Assembly: GCA_038087875.1 (NCBI GenBank)
Contig: CM075988.1
Span: 19,160,001 to 19,224,000 of the forward strand
DNA: 64,000 bases
From: Malacoraja senta
Lineage: Eukaryota
Reading direction: 5' to 3'
In this document: positions 48,377 through 61,339 of the stretch, piece after piece
Layout: each line of letters begins with the position of its first letter
How positions within the stretch are numbered: the first letter of the stretch is position 1
The notes under the pieces: model-generated
What the model was told of the DNA's origin: nothing
Database searches by the model: none
The model's input: only the letters and a program-made list of their open reading frames with translations
Program-made: the position numbers and the translations under genes

Positions 48377-51174
48377 TTGTGTCTCAATGCAAGGAGCATT
48401 CGTAATAAGGTGGATGAGTTGAACGTGCAGATAGCAATTAATGATTATGATATAGTTGGGATCACGGAGACATGGCTCCAGGGTGACCAAGGCTGGGAGC
48501 TGAACATCCAGGGATATTCAATATTCAGGAGGGATAGAAAGAAAGGAAAAGGAGGTGGGGTAGCGTTGCTGGTTAGAGAGGAGATTAACGCAGTGGGAAG
48601 GAAGGACATTAGCTTGGAGGATGTGGAATCGGTATGGGTAGAGCTGCAAAACACTAAGGGGCAGAAAACGCTGGTGGGTGTTGTGTACAGGCCACCTAGC
48701 AGTAGTAGTGAAGTCGGGGATGGCATCAAACAGGAAATTAGAAATGCGTGCAACAAAGGCAAAACAGTTATAATGGGTGACTTCAATCTACATATAGATT
48801 GGGTGAATCAAATTGGCAGGGGTGCTGAGGAAGAGGATTTCTTGGAATGTATGCGGGATAGTTATCTAAACCAACATGTAGAGGAACCAACGAGAGAGCA
48901 GGCTATTCTAGACTGGGTATTGAGTAATGAGGAAGGGTTAGTTAGCAGTCTTGTTGTGCGTGCCCCCTTGGGCAAGAGTGACCATAATATGGTTGAGTTC
49001 TTCATTAGGATGGAGAGTGACATTGTTAATTCAGAAACAACGGTTCTGAACTTAAAGAAAGGTAACTTTGAGGGTATGAGACGTGAATTGGCCAAGATTT
49101 ACTGGCAATTAGTTCTAAAAGGGTTGACGGTGGATATGCAATGGAAGGCATTTAAAGACTGCATGGATGAACTACAAAAAATGTTCATCCCAGTTTGGCA
49201 AAAGAATAAATCAGGGAAGGTAGTGCATCCGTGGATAACAAGGGAAATCAGGGATAGTATCAAAGCAACAGATGATGCGTACAAATTAGCCAGAAAAAAC
49301 AGCATACCAGAGGACTGGGAGAAATTCAGAGACCAGCAGAGGAGGACAAAGGGCTTAATTAGGAAAGGGAAAATAGATTCTGAAAGGAAACTGGCAGGGA
49401 ACATAAAAACTGACTGCAAAAGTTTTTATAGATATGTGAAGAGAAAGAGATTAGTTAAAACAAATGTAGGTCCCTTGCAGTCAGAAACAGGTGAATTGAT
49501 CATGGGGAACAAGGATATGGCGGATCAATTGAATAACTACTTTGGTTCCGTCTTCACTAAGGAAGACATAAATAATCTGCCGGAAATAGCAGGGGGCCGC
49601 AGGTCAAAGGAGATGGAGGAACTGAGTGAAATCCAGGTTAGTCGGGAAGTGGTGTTGGGTAAATTGAATGGATTAAAGGCCGATAAATCACCAGGGCCAG
49701 ATAGGCTGCATCCCAGAGTACTTAAGGAAGTAGCTGCAGAAATAGTGGATGCATTAGTGACAATTTTTCAAAACTCTTTAGATTCTGGAGTAGTTCCTGA
49801 GGATTGGAGGGTAGCAAACGTAACCCCACTTTTTAAGAAGGGAGGGAGAGAGAAAACGGGGAATTACAGACCAGTTAGTCTAACATCGGTAGTGGGGAAA
49901 CTGCTAGAGTCAGTTATTAAAGATGGGATAGCAGCACATTTGGAAAGTGGTGAAATCATTGGACAAAGTCAGCATGGATTTACGAAAGGTAAATCGTGTC
50001 TGACGAATCTTATAGAATTTTTCGAGGATGTAACTAGTAGAGTGGATAGGGGAGAACCAGTGGATGTGTTGTATCTTGACTTTCTGAAGGCTTTCGACAA
50101 GGTACCACATAAGAGATTAGGATACAAACTTAAATCACACAGTATTGGGGGTTCAGTATTGATGTGGATAGAGAACTGGCTGGCAAACAGGAAGCAAAGA
50201 GTAGGAGTAAACGGGTCCTTTTCACAATGGCAGGCAGTGACTAGTGGGGTACCGCAAGGCTCAGTGCTGGGACCCCAGCTATTTACAATTTATATTAATG
50301 AACTGGATGAGGGAATTGAAAGCAACATCTCCAAGTTTGCGGATGACACTAAGCTGGGGGGCAGTGTTAGCTGTGAGGAGGATGCTAGGAGACTGCAAGG
50401 TGACTTGGATAGGCTGGGTGAGTGGGCAAATGTTTGGCAGATGCAGTATAATGTGGATAAATGTGAGGTTATCCACTTTGGTGGCAAAAACGGGAAGGCA
50501 GACTATTATCTAAATGGTGGCCGATTAGGAAATGGGGAGATGCAGCGAGACCTGGGTGTCATGGTACACCAGTCATTGAAAGTAGGCATGCAGGTGCAGC
50601 AGGCAGTGAAGAAAGTGAATGGTATGTTGGCCTTCATAGCAAGAGGATTTGAGGATAGGAGCAGGGAGGTTCTACTGCAGTTGTACAGGGTCTTGGTGAG
50701 ACCACACCTGGAGTATTGCGTACAGTTTTGGTCTCCAAATCTGAGGAAGGACATTATACCATAGAGGGAGTGCAGAGAAGGTTCACCAGACTGATTCCTG
50801 GGATGTCAGGACTTTCATATGAAGAAAGACTGGATAGACTTGGCTTATACTCGCTAGAATTTAGGAGATTGAGAGGGGATCTTATAGAAACGTACAAAAT
50901 TCTTATGGGGTTCGACAGGCTAGATGCAGGAAGATTGTTCCCGATGTTGGGGAAGTCCAGGACAAGGGGTCACAGCTTAAGGATAAGGGGGAAATCCTTT
51001 AAGACCGAGATGAGGAAAAACTTTTTCACACAGAGAGTGGTGAATCTCTGGAACTCTCTGCCACAGAGGGTAGTTGAGGCCAGTTCATTGGCTATATTTA
51101 AGAGGGAGTTAGATGTGGCCCTTGTGGCTAAAGGGATCAGGGGGTATGAAGAGAAGGCAGGTACGGGATACTGA
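48377..51174 (+). pseudogene. CR1 ORF2 (APE endonuclease + RT) with one frameshift near 50755
   Basis: NARS, ITETW, GDFN, SDH; NYRPVSL, QHGF, KAFDKV, GVPQGSVLGP, FADD; 795-aa ORF continues in the 50716-51174 frame. Confidence 0.95.
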
Positions 51175-51695
51175 GTTGGATGATCAGCCATGATCATATT
51201 GAATGGCGGTGCAGGCTCGAAGGGCCGAATGGCCTACTCCTGCACCTATTTTCTATGTATCTATGTATCTATGTATCTATGTAAGGAAAGCTGTCCACGG
51301 TGCTCAATACCTTCAAAGATAAGAAGAGTATGGTATGGTACAGCACTTTATTTATCACTCGTACCGAGATAGAGTGAAATTCATTTTTGTATACAGTTCT
51401 GTACAAGTATCACTACACATAAGCACATTAGATACATATTAGATACAGTACGAGTATTAGATCTCATATACAGTACAAGTGTATAGCAGTCGTATACAGA
51501 GTCGCCAGATTTGGCACCATTTTCAATCCCAGTTGTTGTAAGTGTGAGGCATAGAACATTTCCCCTTGGCCCACCATGTTTGAGTTTAGTTTATTGTCAC
51601 GTGACCGAGGTACAGTGAAAAGCTTTTGCCGCGTGCTAAGCAGTCCATGGAAAGACAATACCTGATTACGGTTGAGCCGTCCACAGTGTTCAGAT

Positions 51696-52549
51696 TGGGT
51701 GGGCAGCGCGACTCACGTCGCAGCGGCCTCTGCAGTCCGTCTGTCTTTTTTTATTTTTTGTCTCGTTTGAGTGTAGTTATAGTGGGTTTTTTTTTTAACT
51801 GGGTATGTGTGTGGGAGGCGGGGGGCGGGGGGTGGGGAAACTTTTAAAATCTTTTCCCTGTACGGGGGACCCGACCTTTTCTCTGTCCGGTCTCCGTTGT
51901 CGTTGGGGCCTAGCACCGTGGAGCAGCTTCAACCGGAACGACCTGGGGCTCCAGTCGCGGAGCCTGCGGACTACTCACCATCGTGGAGCTGGCCGAGTTT
52001 GGAACGGGAGGAGCTGTGGTGGCGCGCTGCTGCGGCCCAACCCCAGAGATTCGGAGACTCCAGCCGCCGGCCCGGTGGACGGTAACATCGGGAGCTCGCG
52101 GGTCCCTGGTGGGAGACCGCTTTTCAGAGCTTCCGCAACGGCGACTTCTCCCGCCCGAGTTGCGGGGTTGAGGATGACCTGGAGCGGGGCCTTACATCGC
52201 CCGGCGCGGCTTTAATGGCCGTGGGACTTGCTAGCTCCCGCCGGGGGCTCCAACATCAAGACCCGGAGCATGGCCTTGCATCGCCCGGCGCGGCTTTAAT
52301 GGCCGCGGGACTTATTTACCATCGCCCGCCGGGGGCTTTGACTCTGACATCGGGAGGAGAATGGGGAGTGCAGGGGAGAGATAAGACTTTGCCTTCCATC
52401 ACAGCAAGGAGGAGATTCGCTGTGATGGATGTTTGTGTAAATTGTGTTGTGTCTTGGTTCTTCTACTTGTTTGTATGACTGCAGAAACCAAATTTCGTTT
52501 GAACCTCAATGAGGTTCAAATGACAACAAATAAATTATATCATTGTATC
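51696..52549 (+). mobile_element. GC-rich structured non-coding retroposon B with a Rex1-type 3' end
   Basis: Colinear with 59780-60645; ends tttcgtttgaacctc..gaggttcaaatgacaa; splits a minus-strand Rex1 tail (about 51580-52930). Confidence 0.8.
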
Positions 52550-53194
52550 ACATGGTAAATGGAATAACATTTACAGCAAGATAGAGTCCAGTAGTCTGAT
52601 CATAGTCCGAGGATCTCTAAGGAGGTATATAGTACTTCAGGACTGCTCTCTATTTGTTGGTAGGATGGTTCTGTTCCTGATAACAGCCAGGAAGAAACTG
52701 TCCCTGAATCTGTAGGTGTGCGTTTTCCCAATTCTGGGCCTCTTGCCTGATGGGAGAGGCGAGAAGAGGAAGTGGCCAGGTTGTGACACGTACTTGATTA
52801 TGATGATGGCCTTGCCGAGGTAGAGTGACATATAAATTGAGTCAATGGAAGGGAGGTTGGTTTGTGTGATGGTCTGAGCTGCGTCCATAAGTTTCTGTAA
52901 TTACTTGCGGTCTTGGATGGAGCTGTTCCTAAACGTTGTGGCTGTGCCGAATATGGTAAACTAATCTTCTCTGCCTGTATATGATCCGCACCCCTTCATT
53001 CCCTACATATACATGTCCCTATCTCAAAGCCTTTTAAACACTGTTGTATCTCCCTGCAACATCACCCTTGGCAGCATGTTCCAGGCACTCACCACCCTCT
53101 GTGTGAAAATGCCCTTCACACCCCTTTTGCAAGGTCTCTCCTCAACCCTAATCATGTAGAGAAAACAATCCAACAAAAGACACAAAGTATAGAA

Positions 53195-53393
53195 ACAAAG
53201 AACTGCAGATACTGTTCTAGACACAAAGTGCTGGAGTAACTCAGCGGGTCAGGCAGCATCGCCGGAGAAAAAGGCTGGGTGACATTTTTGGGTCGAGACA
53301 GTCTGTAGACGTCTCGACCCAAAACGCCACCTATTCTTTTTCTCCGGAGATGCTGCCTGACCCGCTGAGTTACTCCAGCACTTTGTGTCTATC
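53195..53393. mobile_element. Penelope-derived palindrome
   Basis: About 80-bp arms tagacacaaagtgctggag...gagac / gtctc...ctccagcactttgtgtcta. Confidence 0.85.
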
Positions 53394-54109
53394 GATATGA
53401 CCAATTGCTCATTTTTTAAGGTTACTAGGTGCCAAAATAAACTTATCTCCCCTCTTTAGAAGATATATTTGGTGGGTAATATTATTGTGCTTTACATTCA
53501 ATGGAAATAAACAAGAAAGTTATGTTTGTGCAGGAATTGATGAATTTGAAAAAATTAAACTTAATTATATTGCTCAGTTGGCATTTTAGCAGCTTCCGTT
53601 TACCTCCTGAATTGAAATTGGTTCGACAGATTAAAAAAGGAGTATTGAAAATGTAACATAATTCCACTTATTTTTAGTTTTCATTCTGATTTTAATTCTG
53701 TTTAACAATCATCCAAAAATGAACATTTTAACAGGTTTCACATTTCTAGAGGATTTTAAGTAAGGATAACAACAAATAAAAATGAAAAAAACCACAGGTG
53801 CTGAAAAACATGGAAACATTTGGCAGGTTAGGCTGCATCTGTGTTGGCATTAGTTTGTTAATGTAATGTGTAGCACGCTATAATGAAAAGCTTTGTTTGC
53901 ATGCTATCCAGTCAAATCATACTATATTTGAGTACAATCAAGCCATTCACAAGTAGTGCAAAGAGAAAAATACCTGAGAGCAGAATATAGTATTGCAGTG
54001 TTGTCATGTTAGAGTTACTGGGAAACTACGGATAAAGATCCAAGGTCCACAATGAGGTAGATTGGGACATCAGGACTACATCCTAGCTGATGTGAGGACT
54101 GGGACTGAT

Positions 54110-54762
54110 TGGAGTGGTCAGCGTGGATTTGTACATGGAAAATCATGTTTTACGAATCTGATGGAGTTTTTTGAAGAAGCAGCCACAAAGGTTGACAAGG
54201 ACACAGCCATCGACATTGTCTATGTGGATGCCAGCAAGGCATTGGACAAGGTTCCTCATGGTAGGCTGCTCTGGTAGGTTAGATTGCATGGGATCCAGGG
54301 AGAGCTAGCCGGCTGGATAGAGAATTGGATTCATGGAAGATGGCAGAGGGTGATGGTGGAAGGTTGTTTTTCAGATTGTAGGCCTGAGAGTAGTGACGTG
54401 CCTCAGGAATCGCTGTCCATTGCTGTTTGTGGTTTGTATCAACTATTTGGATGAGAACGAACAAGGCATGATTTGTAACTTTGCTGATCACACTAAAGAG
54501 GGTGGTGTCATAAATAGCAAATTTTTAAAAATCACAGCAGGTTCTTGATCCGTTACACAAGTTGGCTGAGGATTGATTAGTGCCGTTAAATGCAGATAAG
54601 TGTGAGGTGTTGGATTTTGGGAAGTCAAACCAGCGCATGGGGAGTGTTGTAGAGCAGAGGGATCGAGGAGTGCAGATACATAGTTTTCTGAAAATGGCAT
54701 CACAAGTAGATACGATGGTCAAGAAGTCCATTAGCCTTCATCAGTTAGGGTATTGAATACAG
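54110..54762 (+). mobile_element. Old CR1 RT fragment
   Basis: QRGFVHGKSCFTNLMEFFE, KALDKVPHGRLL, FAD. Confidence 0.85.
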
Positions 54763-54769
54763 TCATAAT

Positions 54770-54985
54770 ATTGAACATTGGCGAGACCAAGTGTAGACTC
54801 TTCGACGATTTTACTAAACAATTGTGCTCGGTATGCCAAAGCCGAAGGGATCTCTCAGTTGCTAGCCATTGTAATTCCTCTTCCCATTCCCTTATTCACC
54901 TTTCTGTCCAAGGCCTCCACCATTGCCAGAGGGAGGCCACATGCAAATTGCAGGAACGACACCTCATATGTTGCTAGGGTAGCAT
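54770..54985 (+). pseudogene. Penelope-like GIY-YIG endonuclease remnant
   Basis: NIGETKCRL.D.F..., DLSVASH.NS.SHS, KLQERHLI. Confidence 0.8.
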
Positions 54986-55649
54986 AATAACAGCATGTAC
55001 AGTTCCTTTCTACACATGATCTTCTAGGGACTGTGTCTTTGGTTGCACTACAGACTTCGGTTTTACACTACTATGGCTACCCAGTGTTATGGTTATGAAT
55101 TTAAGGGGAGGAGAGGGGAGGGAGGGAAGGGAACTTCATCTCTGATAAGTTCAGATCCTGCTGGTTTATATAATTCTGGGATATGCTTACTGTGGAGAGA
55201 CTGAACATCAGTGATTCCCTTTGTAACTGCTTGGCACAGTTGGATTAAATTCCTCCAACACTTATCTCTGCATACTCTGCATCAGAGTCTTAGAAATATT
55301 TTTATTTTCACATTACAGATAAGCATCAGTAAGACTTTCAAGTTAATATCTTCTCGATTTCCCATCATGGCTAAATATGCTTGACATTTAAAATCATTCC
55401 AAACGCTGAGAACATGATTATTTGAAATGTAATCTTATTACAGGCCACTAATCCCAAAGGCTTCATCGCGAGTATGTTATGGATGTAATCCTGTTAATTC
55501 TGAAAAACAGGATCATATGTTAAAACCCTCCAGCAGACGGTGTTGCCAAAATATAAATCGTCATGTTTTCTCATCGATACATTTATACGTATTGTTTATT
55601 AAGTTAATGTTTATTATACACAGGACTTGATGGTTCATCGAGCCATGGT

Positions 55650-56285
55650 CATAGAGTGATACAGCACGGAAACAGGCCCCTTTGGCCCAACTTGCTCATG
55701 CCAACTAACATGCCCCATCTACACTGATGCCCCATCTACACCCACTTGGCCACGTTTGGCCCATATCCCTCTAAACCTTTCCTATCCATGTACCTGTCCG
55801 AATTTCTTTTAAATGCTGTTAATGTACCTGACGCAACTATCTCTGAGAAATCTGTGGAATTCTCTGCCACGGAAGGCAGTGGAGGCCAATTCACTGGATG
55901 TTTTCAAGAGAGAGTTAGATTTAGCTCTTCGGCCAAACAGAAAGTTCAGAAGCTTGAAACCTTGCACCACCACACTCAAAAACAGATTATTTCCTTCTGT
56001 TATCCGGCTTCTGAACGGTTCTTCCATAAGCTAAGCTTCTATCCGATTCACTTCTACCCCATTGAGGACTTTGACCTTTATTTATGGAACTGGTGCACTA
56101 CAATATTGAGAACTATATTCTGGCACTCTGCATCATCCCCTTTGCTTTATATATTGTACTTGAGTTTGACTTGATTGTATTTATGTATAGTGTTACCTGA
56201 TCCAATTGGATAGCATGCAAAACAAAGCTATTTTCCCTGTACCTTGGTATACGTGACAATAATAATCCTAAAGCTACTTAAACCT
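55650..56285. mobile_element. Composite of CR1 fragments and a Rex1-type tail
   Basis: CR1 antisense about 55650-55840, CR1 sense about 55848-55930, Rex1 tail about 55935-56285. Confidence 0.7.
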
Positions 56286-56410
56286 ACATTGAATTTTGCT
56301 CAAACTGTGTGCAGGTGTTAAATTGGTAAAAAATATGCACCGTACGAAAGATAGACACAAAATGGTGGAGTGAAGCAGCGGGTCAGGCAGCATCTCTGGA
56401 GAGAAGGAAT

Positions 56411-56447
56411 GGGTGACGTTTCGGGTCGAGACCCTTCTTCAGACTGA
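56411..56447 (-). ncRNA. Minimal hammerhead-ribozyme-like motif in a Penelope pLTR (about 56350-56570)
   Basis: Reverse complement reads TCAGT-CTGAAGA-A-GGGTCTCGACCC-GAAACGTC-ACCC. Confidence 0.6.
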
Positions 56448-57703
56448 TGTCAGGGGGAGGGAGATAGATAGATAAGGAAGTGTGTAGGTGTGAAAACAAG
56501 GCAAAGGGAATGGAGATCAAGAAAAATGTAGAATACATCATTGTTAGCTGGGAGAAGGTAACAACAAATGGACATTTACATTATTGCACATTGGCGATAT
56601 TCACTGCGTTCAATTGTGCTTTTCCAGAGACATGGATTTTTGTCCTTCCAGAACACGAGTGTGAATATCACACAGCAAACGTTCACCTTAGCTCTCTCAT
56701 GATTAATGCGGAAAGCAAAAGAATGAGAAATTAGAGTTTAATTCATGGATAATGAATGCTGTACATTTTTAAGCAGTGATTATGAGAACGATTTCCAAAT
56801 GTAACAATGCACTCTCTTCCCCTGGGTGATAAAGAGATAAACGAGGATTCATTGCTGGCTGAGAACAGAATTAAAAACCTTCCATAATCTCAGATTGCAA
56901 CCGTGATGATATAAAACATCATCAGATTGATCCACATCCCTGAAAGTACTTAATCACGACAACAGAAGTGTTGTGGATATCAGCTCATAACTGCACCAAA
57001 TGAATAATGGAATCATAATAATCTAGGTTTTAAACCCCTATTAACTAAATCACATAAATCTGTGCTGACTAGACTCACTCTGCACTTTTAGATTAACAGC
57101 CTTAACAGTCGTACAGCTATTATTAAAGGGAAGATATCTGAGCTAGCACAATGCTCAAAAAATTCAATTACTTACTTTTGGAGCTAACATGCTTGTCACC
57201 GGTTCGAGATTTCATGAATTTGGCAAGCTTAAAGAACTATAATGAAATGAGCAGTTTTGGGTGGAAGGCATTTATTTCAATAAGAGCCAACAAGTTGCAC
57301 GGCTGTGGGAGAGACTGGGTTGTTCTGGCCAGTGCTACTTCTGTGGGAAAAAAAGGTGCAGATCAATTAAAAATTAAGATACCTTTATCAACAATTTTTT
57401 CCCCGTCAATATACTGCTTTGATTTTGTGACCAATCAACTTTTAGTTTAATAAGCTAATAACTAAAAACTATAAAATCAATGCATGTTAAAAATTAAACA
57501 TATTATTAAAATTAAATATATCATTATTACACTAAAACATGTATGTGGCGTATTTAAAGATATGCTACACCTTACTGGCATGTTTCTTGATGATTAAGGG
57601 TGTCAAAGGCTATGGAGAGAAGGCAGGAGAATAGGGTTGAGAGGGAAAGATAGATCATTCATGATTGAATTGCAGAGTTAACTCGATGGACCTAATGGCC
57701 TAA

Positions 57704-58311
57704 AGCCCCTGTCCCACTTTCACGACCTAATTGCCGATCTCTGCCGAGTTTGCCCTTGACTCATACTCGCAGCATGGTCGCCACGAGGTTGTAGGAGGTC
57801 GTAGGTCACTCTTCTTCCTGCTCGTGAGTGGTCCCCGCGTACTCGTGGCCTCAAGTAGGTCGCGGCGTTTTTTCCAGCCTGATAAAAAATGTCCACGAGT
57901 AAAAACAAGGTCGGCATGGAAAAAATTGATAATTTTTACTCGTAGGTAGGTCATAGTAGATCGTGATGGTAGTAGTAGGTAGCCGTAGGTAGTCGTAGGT
58001 CAGTAACTGGCCCGAGAAAAAAATGCAAACATGACATCATTATATCATGTGATCATTTTCCACTCGTAGCTAGTTGTAGTTGGTCTTAGGTGAGGTTGAG
58101 GGGGTCGTAGACATAGTCGTGGGGTTGTAGACATAGTCGTAGGAGGTCGTAGACATAGTCATAGTAGGTCGTAGACATAGTCGTAGGAGGTCGTAGACAT
58201 AGTCGTAGGAGGTCTTTTACTTCGGCGAGTCAACACGACCTTGACATTTTTTTCAACTCATCTAAGGTCTTCTAAACTCGTGGATTAGGTCCTCCAAGTG
58301 GGACAGGCCAT
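57704..58311. mobile_element. PIF/Harbinger-like MITE inserted in a CR1 tail
   Basis: TIR cctgtcccactt/aagtgggacagg; 3-bp TSD TAA/TCA; empty site atggcc-TAA-ttcagctcc; internal gtcgtagacata repeats 58100-58215. Confidence 0.82.
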
Positions 58312-58657
58312 TCATTCAGCTCCAATGACATGAATTTACAGACGTACCATCACAAAAACCCACTGGTTCTAGCACAGAGCAGGCACAGACTAAATGGGCT
58401 GAACGGTCTCCTACCTGGCTCAGATTCCAAGAAGGGGCACAGGAGGGTGTGTTTGTGACGCCCCTTACGAGGTGTTGAAGGTTACTCAGGAAGAGCAAAG
58501 AGCTTGGAAAATGGACATAGCTGGCCATTTTTAATTGATGGTGGCCATGTTGATGTGATTTGTTGCAATCCAATTGGCCATAGTCTAGTTCTGAGTAAAG
58601 CAATTGATTATTAACATGACCCTAAGCCGACGAACCATGGTCTCCATGGAGACAGAA

Positions 58658-58886
58658 GTGCAGGTGCATAGTCTTCTGATAATGGCATCACAAGTAGATA
58701 CAATGGTCAACAAGGTTATCATTCATTAGGCTTCATCAGTCAGAATATTGAATGTAGCCAGAATATTGAACATCAGCAAGACCAAGCGTAGACTCATCGA
58801 CCATTTTACCAAACAATTGTGCTTGATACACCAAAGCCTAACAGATCTCTCAGTTACTAACCATTTTAATTCACCATTCCATTCCC
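58658..58886 (+). repeat. Diverged duplicate of the CR1/Penelope junction at about 54670-54890
   Basis: Shared atggcatcacaagtagatac, aatattgaacat and gatctctcagtt blocks. Confidence 0.8.
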
Positions 58887-59069
58887 GTCCCTAAGCATCA
58901 ACCTTGACAGGCAAGAAACATTCAACAGTTAGATCTCAGAACTAAGTAAAGAAAGGAAAATAGCCTATATTTTGTGGAAGATGTATGACAGTTATCCTCA
59001 GGCTAATATTGGACGCATTAAAGTTAGGAATTTTGGATTTAAAATAAGAAACATATTAGCGTAGGATCA

Positions 59070-59520
59070 AGTTAAGAATGTTTTTAATTATCATGTATAC
59101 TGGCTATGGAAGAATGAAATTCTTACCTGCTGCAGCTTAACAGGCCTGTAAATGCAATTACACAGAGGTACATATATAAAAATGAATAATACAATAAATT
59201 AATTCTAGGTAACCATAATAGCGCAAAACCAAAACCAGTATTGCAACCAAAGGCACAGTCCAGAGAAGATCACAGTTGCTGAAGTTAGTGTTGTGTAGTG
59301 TTCAAGAGCATGATGTTTGCTGGGAAGAAGCTGTTACTGAACGTGCAGGTCATGGTTTTCAGGCTTCTGTACCTGCTTCCTGATGGTAGCAGCGAGATGA
59401 GAGCATGGCCAGGGAGGTGTGGGTCTTTGATGATGCTGGCTGACTTTTTGAGGCAAGGTCTGTAGATTGCTTCAATGGTGGCGAGGTCTGTACCTGTGAT
59501 GGGCCAAGTAGTGTCCACCA
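59070..59520 (-). mobile_element. Rex1-type LINE 3' fragment
   Basis: CLKKSASIIKDPHLPGHALISLLPSGSRYRSLK...NSFFPA. Confidence 0.88.
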
Positions 59521-59779
59521 ATGATACAAACATGAACATATGTTTTCAGAAACTTTATATGAACTATAATAATTTAGAGCTAATGTTTGATTTTTAAAAG
59601 GTCATAATGTGTGAAACGGCAAATGATAAGAGTTTTAAAATACAAAGGAGAAAAGATGGCCATCTTGACTAGTCTGTGAATAGTTGAAATAAGATTGCTG
59701 AACGATACATAGAGATAAAGTAGACTTAATGATTAATGTATCCAAAGACTGGCGAACAGAACAAAGCAAATAAATCTAA

Positions 59780-60645
59780 CAGGAGTGCCGCGGCGCGGAT
59801 TACTGCAGCGGCCCCTACAGCCTGTCTGTCTTTTTATTTATTTTTGTCTAGTTAAATGTAGTTGTTTGTGTTTTTTTAATACTGTTTTTAGCTGTGTATA
59901 TGTGGGGGGCGGGGGGGGGGGAGGGGGAAACTTAAAAAAATCTCTTCCCTGCACGGGAGACCCGACCTTTTCCCTGTCGGGTCTCCGTTGTCGTTGGGGC
60001 CTAGCTCCGTGGAGCGGCCTCCGACCGGGACGACCTGGGGGCTCCAGTCGCGGAGCCTGTGGAGCTGCAGACTTACCATCGTGGAGCTGGCTGGCCTCGG
60101 AGCGTGGGGAGCGGTGGTGGCTCGCTGCTGCGGCCCGACTCCGGAGCTCCAGCTGCAGACCTGTGGACTATGATATCGGGAGCTCGTGGGTCCGGGTGAG
60201 AGACCGCTTTCCGGAGCTCCCGCAACGCAACTTCTCCCGCCCGTGTCGCGGGGTTGGAACGACCTGGAGCGGGGGCCGTAAATCGCCCGGCGCGGCTTTA
60301 ATGGCCGCGGGACATTCCAGCGCCCGACGGGGGCTCCAACTTTGTGACTTTTGGGCCCGGAGCAAGGCAGTACACCGCCCGGCACGGCCTCAACGGCTGT
60401 GGGACTTGACATTGCCCGCCTGGGGCTTCAACATCGGGAGAAAAATGGTGCAGGGGAGAGAGGAGACTTTGCCTTCCATCACAGTGAGGAGGAGATTCAC
60501 TGTGATGGATGTTTTTTTTGTAAATTGAATTGTTTGTGTGTCGTGTAGGAATTGTTTTGTTTGTATGGCTGTGGAAACGGAGTTTCGTTTGAGCCTCTTT
60601 GAGCTTCAAATGATAAGAAATAAAATCTAATCTAATCTAATCTAA
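59780..60645 (+). mobile_element. GC-rich structured non-coding retroposon C with a Rex1-type 3' end
   Basis: Colinear with 51696-52549; (AATCT)n tail; aatctaa also at the 5' flank. Confidence 0.8.
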
Positions 60646-60700
60646 TTCTTGATCATAGAAACAAAAAACTGTAGATGCTGGTTAATACCACAATGAAATT

Positions 60701-61022
60701 GTGTAGTCTGCTGCAATCCTCACTCCACCATATTGGTTATTATTCAAGCATTTGAATGACTGAATAAGGACACAAAGTGCCTGAGTATTTCTGCAGGTTA
60801 TACAGTATCTCTGGAGAACATGAATAGGTGACGTTTCAAGTCGAGACCCTTCTTCAGACCAAAGAAGGGTCCCGACCGCTGACCGGAAATGTCACCTATC
60901 CATGTTCTCCCGAGATGCTGCCTGACCTGCTGAGGTACTCCAGCACTTTGTGTCCTTATTCAGTCATTCAAATGCTTGAATAATAACCAATATGGTGCAG
61001 TGAGGATTGCAGCAGGCTACAC
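60701..61022. repeat. About 320-bp palindrome: Penelope hairpin plus inverted flanking DNA
   Basis: 60701-60850 is nearly the reverse complement of about 60885-61022. Confidence 0.9.
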
Positions 61023-61339
61023 AAACAGTATTACAAAAGGAAAAAAAAATGATGATACCAATCTGAAATAAACTAAAAATGTTGCAAATAATCAGTGGAT
61101 CTGACAGAATATGTAGAGAGAAATAGCATTAACATTCCAGGTCATTTAGAATAAAGAGCATAATTTTCTAGTGAGATCAAATGTTGATTACTGAATGCTA
61201 CCCTGGTAACTGAAATGTACGATACGCAGACAACAAACAAATTCTGAAAACGAAGTTAAAAAGAGAAAAATCCTGTTAATTATTGATGCAGGTATGAGGT
61301 GCATGGAAAGATTGTGCATATTTTTAAAGACATGGTTAT

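Larger units (their letters stand above)
47971..51283 (+). mobile_element. CR1 LINE, 5'-truncated within ORF1, young
   Basis: ORF1 end, spacer, ORF2, 3' UTR with gggccgaatggcct motif and (TATGTATC)n tail. Confidence 0.96.

Noticed and set aside
58100..58215. Short periodic repeats resembling a CRISPR array
   Set aside because: No unique spacers, no cas genes, eukaryotic MITE interior
59785..60528. 247-aa ORF in element C
   Set aside because: Frame not preserved in the related copy B; runs through homopolymer tracts
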